Below the pieces are notes generated by a model that saw only the letters and a list, made by a program, of their open reading frames with translations, did no database searches and had not been told where the DNA came from. This document shows positions 18,565-28,062 of a DNA stretch of 32,000 nt, piece after piece. The DNA is from Candidatus Saccharimonadota bacterium (lineage in GTDB: Bacteria; Patescibacteriota; Gracilibacteria; BD1-5; UBA6164). Made by a program: the position numbers and the translations under genes. Location of the stretch: positions 450,001-482,000 of the forward strand of contig OY782392.1 of NCBI GenBank assembly GCA_963677765.1. The letters run 5' to 3'. Numbering within the stretch: the first letter of the stretch is position 1; the number at the start of each line of letters is the position of its first letter.

Positions 18565-18593
18565 TTGATTTAAATTTTTAAATATGTTAAAAT
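18565..18593 (+). promoter_or_regulatory. Candidate promoter for the 910-aa gene
   Basis: TTGATT (18565-18570), a 17-nt spacer, then TGtTAAAAT (-10 at 18588-18593), 34 nt upstream of the ATG at 18627. Confidence 0.45.
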
Positions 18594-18626
18594 AAATATA
18601 AATAATAATTTTATAAATATTTAAAA

Positions 18627-21359
18627 ATGAGAAATAATCCTGAATTTAATAGTTTTCAAGAAGCAAGAGAAAAAGATTTAAGTTTAAGAGAGATAAAAGA
18701 ATCAATAAAAAAACTTTCTATAGAACAAAGACAACAATTGTCGCATGAGATAAATAGACAAATAATATCAGAACTTCATAAATGAATGGAGGTTAAAAGA
18801 TGAGATGAATTAAATTTTTTGAAAGCTTTAACTCTAGAATGAAATAGAATAACATGGACAAGTCAAAGAGAAGCTGATACAATTCATCCATGAGACATAA
18901 TAAAAATAGAATGAGATAATATATTGAAAAATTGAAATTCTATATGAAAAGTTGAATGATTCAAAATAGAAGAAAATCCTCAAAGTCAAGAAAACACAAC
19001 AATAGAAGCAAATAATCAATCTAATAACAATCAAGAAACAGAAAGTCAATCTCAATCAAGCCAAGAAACAAATTCATCAGAAAATTTAACAGTACAACAA
19101 CAAGAACAAACTGTAAATCAAGAAAATTGAACTAACCCAACTATAACTGAAACAATAACTCAATGAGCAACTGATGTAAGAGATGATTTTCAAGAAATTT
19201 TTGATAATCTAACTTGAGCTAATCTTTCTGAAGAAGAAAGACTAGATGTAAGAGCATATTCTCAAGATTGAAAATATTATATAATCTGAGAGAACTGAGA
19301 ACCTGTATTATATAGTTCATTATGATTAAATGAAAACTTTAGAGAATCTATAGAAACCATATGAGAATCAAATAAAAAAATATGAAATTTTGAGCTTATA
19401 ATTTCTGCTCTTGTAAACTCAGAAGAAGATAAATACAAAAATATAAAAGAAGAATTTAATAATAAAATACAAGACTTAGACATATCATCTATGGATTCTA
19501 TTAACAGTCTATTATTATGGATAGATGAAAAAAATAATGAAATAACTGATTGAGAACCAGTAAACTTAAACGATAAACTAGAAGTTATAAGCTTTATAAG
19601 AGACTTAGATAGTAATTGAGCAAATAATTTACTAGTTAATGAATTATTTAATTTAACAAATATAAGTGAAGAAGATTTATATGCTTTTATAGACAACCCA
19701 TCTAATAATGCTGAAAATATTAGAACTTTATTATGAGAAGAAAAATATAGAGAAGTAAGAGAAAAAATAAGAGAGAAAAAAACTCAAGCAGATAATCATT
19801 TTGATGACAATAAAGACTTATTTATAAAACAGCTTATAGAAAAAAATTGAATGGATATTAATCAAGCCACTGAATTAGTTGAACAACAATATAAACAGTC
19901 TATAATAGATAGTTTTGTATGAAGTTACGCTAGAAATGAAATATTGCTTTCTTATGTTGAATGATTATCAGAAACATGAAACTGGCATTGATATAAATGA
20001 GAAAACAAATTAATGGAAATGTTTTCAGATATACAATGAATAGGTTATTTAGATGCTAGAGATAGTACTTTGGCTTCAATTGCATTTTGGTCAAAAGAAG
20101 GTTTTTATATATTAGGGACTCAAATAATAGCAATCGCAGCTTGAGCTGTAACTATGTGAGCTGGTTATGTATGAGTTAATGCTGCTGTTTGGTGAACAAG
20201 ATGATATAGATGAATAAGAGCATTACAAACGGCTAGTAACTTTGCAAATTCTTGAACTAAAATGGCAAGATTAGCACAAGTATGAAGATGGTGAGCTATG
20301 AGTACTGTATGATGAGCTAGCTTTTATACTTGATATGCTTGAGTTCAATCTATAGCAGAATGAGAAAATATGTATTCATGGGAAGGTTTATGAGAGTCTA
20401 TATTGTACACATGAGCATTTAGAGCTTTATCATCTATACCATGATTAAGAATAGACCCTAGCAAACCACTAAGTCAACAAAAATTAAAACTAGCAATTGC
20501 TACACCTTTGGATGCAATAGCATTCTCTTCTATATGATTAACTTTGGAATGAGTAATATTAGAACCAGGTGAATGGAATGCAGAACTAATAATGCAAGCA
20601 ATAGTTATGGCTGCAATATTTAGAACATGATGAGCTACTCTACAAAGAATGAAATTTAAAACAAATTGAAACAATGTAGAAATACTAGAATGAGCATCTA
20701 GCACTCCAATAAGATTCTTCAGACATAGTCAAACATGAAAAACATATACTAGAACTCTAGACTGAAAATTCCGTAATGAAAATTGAAGAGTAGTAAGTAA
20801 TTTAAAAGTAGATAATTTAGTTGAAGTTCAAGTAAATGAACAAGTAAGAAGATCAACTATGGATAGAATAAGAACAAGTTCTAGAGAATCTATTTCAAAT
20901 GCTTGAGAAAGAATTAGATGATCTCTATGAAAAATAAATGAAAGTGAATTGATATCATGAGCAGTTCAATGATTAAATCATAGAAGAAAAGTTTTATTTG
21001 AAAAAGCATTAAATTGATTAAAAAATAAATGAATAAATACTGTTACATGAACCAAAAATTTCTTGGCAAATTTAACATATAGAGGTTTTTGAGAATGATG
21101 ACCTGCTTTTAGAAATTGGGTTTTTTATACATGATGAACTATATATAGTTCATGGGAAGAATTAAACACACTATTTGACGCTTTAAATAATAAAGATGAC
21201 ACAATATGGAAATTAGAGCATATTGATGAAGTATGAGAAATAATACTTAACTTAACTTTATTTAAAAGTCTATGATTAATCCGTGCATCAGCTTATACAT
21301 GGGCAATAGAAAAACTTTTCTGAGATGCAGAAACTTTAGAACAAGAAACTACTGAATAA
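18627..21359 (+). CDS. Orphan large protein (910 aa): charged/coiled-coil N-terminal half, Q/N/S/E-rich low-complexity tract, Gly-rich multi-TM core, basic C-terminal region
   Basis: ATG 18627 to TAA 21357-21359 is open under code 25 with dozens of in-frame TGA and no TAA/TAG (I checked it codon by codon). The low-complexity tract lies at about 18969-19126. The hydrophobic Gly-rich core is FYILGTQIIAIAAGAVTMGAGYVGVNAAVWG...GRWGAMSTVGGASFYTGYAGV...ELIMQAIVMAAIF. Four track ORFs on the minus strand here are antisense artefacts. Confidence 0.7.
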
Positions 21360-21374
21360 ATCAGTAGTTTTTTT
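21346..21374 (+). terminator. Rho-independent terminator
   Basis: aaactactga (21346-21355), loop ataaa, tcagtagttt (21361-21370), then a T-run. Confidence 0.6.
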
Positions 21375-21432
21375 GTGTTAATGATTAAATTATGATAAAA
21401 TAATTATAAATTATATATATAATAAAAACAAA

Positions 21433-24162
21433 ATGCAACTAAGTAATAGACCTAGTAATAACCCTAATTCAAATACAGAAGAAATAAAATTATGAAACTT
21501 GGAGCAAAATACTTTTACTCAAGAAGAAATAGAAGAATACAAAGAAGTATTATTAAATAGAGAACAAGCTGAGAGAGTTAGACAATGAAGAATAACAATA
21601 GAAGAAATATCTAGACTAGCAAGAGAGCAACTTAAATTAAATATGGAATCTGAAAGATCTGTTGAACAAAGTCAATTAAGATGAAGAGAAATAAATAGAG
21701 AATGAAACGAAAGCCAAGAAATTGATAGAGAAGATGCTGATAATACATTATCTAGCCTTAATGAAACCGTTCAAAATGCATGAGAACAAGTAAGAGAAAA
21801 AGCTAGTGAAATAAAAGAAAATATAGCAAAAGTAGAATGAGCTTCTGGTATTTTAAACTGGTTAGAACAAGCTAAAGAGAAATGATGAATAATGTGATTT
21901 ATAGCAAGTATAATTCTTTGAATAGCTGGGGTTTTTTGATACAAAAAAGAAGTAAATGAACAAATTCAATCTGTAAGAGAAACTGTAGAGAATGGCTTAA
22001 ATCAAGAACAAATAAGCCAAACAAAACAAACTACAAAAGATACTATAAATCAATCTCTATGAGAATATATAACAAATGAAAATAGAGAAAGATTAAATAG
22101 CGCTATAGATTGATTATCAGAAGAACAAATAAGAAGATTATATCACTCTATAGAGTCATGAGAATTTTGAATAGATGATATAGAAGATATAGCTCCAAGT
22201 ATATTTTTAGAAGTATTAAACGAAGCCCAATTAGAACAAATAAAACAAAATATAGAAACAACTATTATAGAAAATCTATCTAAAACAATAAAAGAGGAAT
22301 ACTGAATTGATGTAGAGTTAAATCCAGAGAAAAAAACTGAATTAATAAACTTAGTAAGAGAGAATCTAAGATTAAGTGATGATAGAATAATGGAAATAAA
22401 AGAAATAGTAAAAAAAGAAGAGTTCAGATACAAAGATTTATCTGAAATATGAGGTGAAACAATTATAAATGGTTTAAGCATAATGTTATGACTTATATCT
22501 AGATGAATAGTTCCTCTTTCTAACTTTACTTTTAGTTTTGTAGAAGCTGGTTGAAAAATAATAGCTATTTGAGCTTGAGCATTATGAATAAACGAAAATA
22601 TAACATTTGAAAATTTTCATAATCAACTTGAAAAAATGAGTGATTCAGAAAGAGCAATGTTTGTATGAATACTTTACAGAAAATGATGATTATTCCTATG
22701 ATTGGTATCAAGTATGATGGAGCATGCTAGTAAATTTACAATATCATCAATTACTAATACTACAGTATCATGAATAGAACTAGCTTGAACATCTTTAACT
22801 AACAACTTTTCTGCACAAGCAGAAAATATTGATAAAATAGCAAGAACAATTAATCCTTCCAATTTGACTGACCATAAATGAGTTTTAAATGAAGCAATAA
22901 GAAACTTAGATAAAGTTAGAGAAAATTATAAAATGATGGATCTAATACAACAAGTGGATTGAAACTTAGATGATGCATCTAAATTATCACAACTAAAATG
23001 ACTTTTATCTACAAATAATATAGATATTCCTAACTGAACTAATAGTTTCGATGATTTAATAAGAGCTCTTTGAGAAAAAAACAATATAGTTACATCTCTA
23101 AATAATAGATGATCTATATCATCTAGCCTAGGTTTTTGAGCAAGTGCCGACTTAAATAGATTAAATAGACAACTAGAAAGAATATCTAGTTCTCAAAAAA
23201 GAATGTTTAATCCAAACTTTTTATTGAATTGATTTTCTAGAATGAGAGAAGCTATAAATATAGCAGAAGTTTCTAGAATGTGAGACAGATTAGCTTTTCA
23301 TTTTGATAGTCCAAGTCAAGCAAGAGATTGATTAAGAAGATTAAATACACTAGCTAATAGATTTCCAGAATTATTAAAATGAGCAATAGATAAAGCTCCA
23401 ATAATAATGGTTGCATGATTGGCTGCAAACGATGATAAACCATTTTTTGAATCTCTAAAAGATCAATTACCTACACTTATACCTATTGTATGACCTATAT
23501 TGATACTTAGTGACTCATGATGGTCATGGTCAGATTGATTTCCTAAGCCTATTGATCCATTAAATGTATGAATATGAGCTGCCTTATTAACTATAGATTG
23601 AGCAATATTATGAAAAGAGATTTACACTTGATGAGCTAGAGCATGAGTATGATATATATTAAAGCCTTTTAGAGATATATACTCTATGTGAAGATGAACT
23701 TTAGATATGTGATATTCTGTTTCTAGAACTATAGCAAGATGAAATCCTTCTGCTATGTGAAATATAATAAAAGAATGAGCTAGAAGAGTAAAAAATATAC
23801 CTGGTTGATCTAGAGTAAGAGCATTAGCATTAATTTGAGCTGTTTGATATGTTTGAGTAAACTATTTATTAGAAGGTTGAGAACAAATAGAATGAATAGA
23901 AGAATTAATGGTAAATTGAAAAGTAGATAGAGAAAGAGTAAGTCAAGTTGCTTGAGAACTTAGCGATTGACAAAAAGAAGAAGCATTAAAAGCTATAATT
24001 CAAGAAGAATGATTAGAATGATTAGAAATAAAAGTAATAGCAAATAGAATTTCTATAGTATCAAATAACCCTAGTATAAAAGCTGATTGGTTTATTGATA
24101 GTGAATTATTTGAATTATTTAAACTAGATTCAGACTATAGATTTGTTTATGAACAAGCATAA
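21433..24162 (+). CDS. Orphan large protein (909 aa): coiled-coil/charged regions interspersed with Gly-rich TM segments; probable distant paralogue of the 910-aa neighbour
   Basis: ATG 21433 to TAA 24160-24162 is open under code 25 (checked codon by codon). TM-like segments are GGIMGFIASIILGIAGVFGY, GGKIIAIGAGALGI, APIIMVAGLAAN, LPTLIPIVGPILILS and RALALIGAVGYVGVNYLL. It shares the hexapeptide GYVGVN (23845-23862) with the upstream protein (20163-20180). Confidence 0.7.
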
Positions 24163-24188
24163 AACACCCTTTACAAAAGGGTGTTTTT
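24161..24188 (+). terminator. Rho-independent terminator
   Basis: Perfect 12-bp stem aaaacacccttt / aaagggtgtttt with a 3-nt loop and a T-run. Confidence 0.6.
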
Positions 24189-24266
24189 ATTGACTAAAAA
24201 ATTAAAAACATATAATAAAACAACCAAATTAATATTGAATATATTTGTATTAATAAATTAAAAAAT

Positions 24267-25316
24267 ATGAAACTATCAGATTTTGATTACATTTTACCAG
24301 AAGAATTAATAGCTCAAACTCCTATAGAACCAAGAGATCATTCTAGATTATTAAAAATAAATCCCAAAGAAAAAAAAATAGAAGAATCAAAGTTTTATGA
24401 AATAATAAATAATTTATGAGAAAATGATGTTTTAGTATTGAATAAAACAAAGGTTATTAATGCAAGATTACACTGAAAAATAGAAAACTCAGAAAAAATA
24501 GCTGAAGTTTTTCTTCATAAACAAATAGATGAGAAATCATGGGACTGCCTTGTATTTCCATGAAAAAAGTTAAAACCATGAAAAGAAATATATTTTTATT
24601 TAGAAAATGAAAAAAAGCCAGTATTAAAAGCAATAGTTAAAGAAGTTTCTCAAAACTGAAGAATAATAGAATTTGATAAATCATGAATAGAATTTTTAGA
24701 AATAATAGATTCTCTTTGAGAAATACCACTTCCTCCATATATAAAAGAAAAACTTGAAAATTCTCAAAGATATCAAACGGTATGGAGTGAGATAGAATGA
24801 AGTGTAGCAGCTCCTACAGCTAGCTTGCATTTTACAAATGAATTAATAGAAAAAATAAAAAACAAATGAGTTAAAATAGAAAAAGTATTATTACATGTAT
24901 GATTATGAACTTTTATGCCAGTAAAAACTGATAATATACTAGAACATAATATGCATAGCGAATACATAGAACTAGAAAAAGAAGTTTCTCAAAGACTAAA
25001 TAAATATAAAAAAGAATGAAAAAGAATAATAGCTGTATGAACTACCTCTATAAGAGTATTAGAAAGTTTTAGCAATGAAAATTGAGAAATTGGTTATGGA
25101 GAAAAAGATACAGATATTTTTATATACCCATGATATAAATGGAAGTTTGTTGATGCTATAATAACAAATTTTCATTTACCAAAATCTACTTTATTGATGC
25201 TAGTATCAAGCTTTGCATGAAAAAATTTTATATTAGAAGCTTATAATTTTGCTATAAAAAATAAATTCAGATTTTTTTCTTTTTGAGATGCTATGTTTAT
25301 AGAAAAAAAAGAATAA
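24267..25316 (+). CDS. queA: S-adenosylmethionine:tRNA ribosyltransferase-isomerase (349 aa)
   Basis: [31 protein letters not shown]...[10 protein letters not shown]...[23 protein letters not shown]...LLHVGLGTFMPV...[13 protein letters not shown]...[20 protein letters not shown]...RFFSFGDAMFI: full-length QueA signatures under code 25. Confidence 0.92.
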
Positions 25317-25379
25317 TTTGACTTTTAATAAAATTATGTTATTTTATATAACACAATTATTTATTTTTAAATAAAAAAT

Positions 25380-26504
25380 ATGAAAAATACCAGCTCTTCT
25401 GATTTAGAAAATCTTATAAAAAATGATGACGTATTCAAAATAAATGAAAGAACAATAAAACAATTTTCTCGCATATCAAAAATATCTCAAATGGTAAGTT
25501 TAGCTTCTTGAGAAGAAGTAGAATGATTAGATGAAAGAAACTTAGATAAATCAAAGCTTAAATCTCCAGAAGTAATAGAAACAGCCAATATAATAATAAG
25601 AAAAATAGAAGAAGTTTTATGAGTAAATGCTTCTGAAATATGATGATCTAGCATAGAAAAAGTTGCTATAAAAGTATGAGATAAATTAATATCATCATGA
25701 AATGTAGAAGATTTTATAATATGAAACTATGTAAAAAGAATAGCATACCAAGTATCAAATATTCATCTAAGATATCAAAGATATACTAAACATATAGAAA
25801 ATAGAGAATTAAAAATAAAAAATAGAATAGATAATCTAACTTGATTATTAACAAAACAATCAATTAATAACTATATAGATTATATAGTAGAAAGAAAATC
25901 TCTATGATCTGATAATTGAAATTATTGAGTTATATTAATGGATATTGATTATTTCAAAGTATTAAATGATAATTTTTGACATGTAGCATGAGATATTGTA
26001 CTAGAGGAAATATCAAATATATTCAAAAAACTATTTAGAGAAACAGATAAAGTTGCTAGATGGTGATGAGAAGAATTTTTAGTAATTATGAAATGATGAG
26101 ACACAAAAAGCTATACAAAAAAAATAAACAGAGTAAGAGAATATATAGATAATAATCTTTTAAATATAGTAAATTCAAGAATAATAAGAGAACAACAAAT
26201 AAAACCAATAACACTAAAACACATAACAATAAGTGCTTGAATAACTATGTTGGCTAATGATGACTGTTTAACAAGTGTAACAAAAAGAGCTGATGAAGCT
26301 CTATATAGTTCTAAATGAAGTTGAAGAAATTCAGTAACACTTATAAGTAAATATAATTCAGATAAAGAAGAAGATTGTGAAACATACTGCCCAACATGAT
26401 GCCAATGAAACGAGGAAATAAAAGAAAGACTTGTAAAAAAAAATCCAAATCTACATGAATTAATAAACTCTAGATGAGAAAAAAATAATAGCACCTATCA
26501 ATAG
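25380..26504 (+). CDS. GGDEF-domain diguanylate cyclase with an uncharacterised N-terminal domain (374 aa)
   Basis: LTGLLTKQSINNYIDY...VILMDIDYFKVLNDNFGHVAGDIVLEEI...FRETDKVARWGGEEFLVIM...ITISAGIT...RADEALYSSKGSGRNSV. The active site is GGEEF (26064-26078, both Gly encoded by TGA). The I-site-like RETD lies exactly 5 residues upstream. The C-terminal tail carries CETYCPTGC. Confidence 0.85.
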
Positions 26505-26515
26505 GTGCTATTATT
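26484..26515. terminator. Bidirectional terminator between convergent genes
   Basis: Perfect 15-bp stem aataatagcacctat (26484-26498) / ataggtgctattatt (26501-26515). It spans the TAG of the GGDEF gene. Confidence 0.6.
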
Positions 26516-26520
26516 TTAGT

Positions 26521-27531
26521 TTAAGAAATATCGACTATTTCTATATCAAATTTAAGTGTTTTTCCTGCTAATTTATGATTTGTATCAATAACTACATTTT
26601 CATCAGTAACATCAATTATAGTTAATGGTCAAAATTGAGTTGGTAAAACATTTCAAGCTTTTAATTCAATACCATTATCTTCAAAAGTTTTAAGATCAAG
26701 TCTAGGAACTACTTGTCTATTTTCTTCACTATATTCTCAATATGCTTCTGATGGAGCTAAAGTTATAGATTTTTTTTCTCATATAGACATTCCTAATACA
26801 GCTTTATCAAAACCAGGAATCATTTGACCTGATCAAGCTACAAACTCTAAAGCATCTCATCTATCATAACTAGAGTCAAATTTTTCTCAATCCTCAAAAG
26901 TTCAAGTATAGTGAACTTTTACTATTGAATCTATTCATATTTTCATAGATTTTTTAGCCTCTTTTTTTGAATCAAGAAAACTTTCATAAGCTTTTAAAGC
27001 AGCTTCTTTATCAAAAACATAATCCTTAAAACTTGTTCAGTTATATTCTTTTATTTTTACTGAGATAATCTTTACTTCTTTTTCTGGTCTATCACTAGAA
27101 TCAGTTTTTACTTTTGATAATTTATCAACATTATCAACTCAATCAACTACTTCTCAAAAAACAGAATGTTTATCATCTAAGTAATTATTATCTGCAACAT
27201 TTATAAAAAATTGACTTCAATTTGTGTTTGGTCAAGCATTTGCCATAGATATAGTATATTTGAAGTTTCTTAATTCAGGATGAAATTCATCAACAAATTT
27301 TTCTCAATAAATACTAGTTCCTCACATTCATGTACCATCTGGATCTCATCATTGAATCATAAATCATTTTATTATTCTATGAAAAATAACTCAATCATAA
27401 TATCAACTAGTAGCTAAACCTATAAAATTATTCACAGTAATAGGAGCTAAATCTTTTTCTAACAATATATTTATAACTCAAGAATTAGTTTTAACTTCAG
27501 CTATAACATCTCATTTTTCATATTTATACAT
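26521..27531 (-). CDS. Dual-family peptidyl-prolyl isomerase: N-terminal cyclophilin fused to C-terminal FKBP (SlyD-like) domain (336 aa)
   Basis: Minus strand under code 25. Cyclophilin part: [48 protein letters not shown]...ISMANAGPNTNGSQFFI...HSVFGEVVDG. FKBP part: [51 protein letters not shown]...HKLAGKTLKFDIEIVDIS. Confidence 0.85.
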
Positions 27532-27555
27532 TCTAATATTTCCTTAATTATATAA

Positions 27556-28044
27556 TTATTTAGATATTTCCATTAACTCTATATCAAAATTTAGAGTTTC
27601 TCATGCTAAAGGATGATTCATATCAACAGTAACATCATCTCATGATATTCATACAACTTCAAAATTACCATACATTGTTGGTAATATAGCTCATGTTTGT
27701 ATAACTATACCATTTTCTTCAAAAGAAGATAATTCTTCTTTTTTAATAACATCGTAATTATCCTCAGTTCTCTCACCATAAGCTTCTTCTGGTGGAAGAC
27801 TTATTGATTTTTTTTCTCAAATAGCCATTCATATAACAGCCGCATCAAATCAAGCAATCATTTCTCATGCTCAAGCAGTAAATTCTAAAGGCTCTCCTCT
27901 ATCATAACTAGAGTCAAATTGTTCACCATCTGTTAGAGTTCATTTATAATGTACTTTTACTATATCTCAGTTTTCTACAACATCAACTGTAGAACAAGAA
28001 GCTATAAATATAGCTAAAAAAGATAGTAATAATGCTTTTTTCAT
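27556..28044 (-). CDS. Lipoprotein FKBP-type peptidyl-prolyl isomerase (SlyD-like, 162 aa)
   Basis: MKKALLLSFLAIFIASCS (lipobox IASC), then [51 protein letters not shown]...HPLAGETLNFDIELMEISK. It is a paralogue of the FKBP half of the upstream fusion. Confidence 0.85.
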
Positions 28045-28062
28045 AATATATATTATTAGGTT

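Noticed and set aside
17799-18579. Calling the TGA-free cassette a mobile element on the basis of the flanking 12-nt direct repeats (ATTTAAATTTTT)
   Set aside because: The repeats are A/T only and short, so a chance occurrence in this composition is plausible. I saw no transposase, integrase or inverted terminal repeats. I kept it only as weak supporting evidence in the finding.
18834-22862. Track minus-strand ORFs 18834..19055, 19277..19696, 20474..20704, 22143..22481 and 22674..22862
   Set aside because: All are antisense to the two continuous code-25 reading frames of 910 and 909 aa, and none connects to another under either code.
24773-26494. Track minus-strand ORFs 24773..24967 and 26111..26494
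   Set aside because: They are antisense to queA and to the GGDEF gene respectively.
26861-27920. Identical 22-nt sequences at 26861-26882 and 27899-27920 as a possible repeat element or DGR template/variable pair
   Set aside because: Both encode the same conserved FKBP motif (FDSSYDR) in two paralogous genes. This is ordinary paralogy, there is no adenine-specific variation pattern, and no reverse transcriptase is present.
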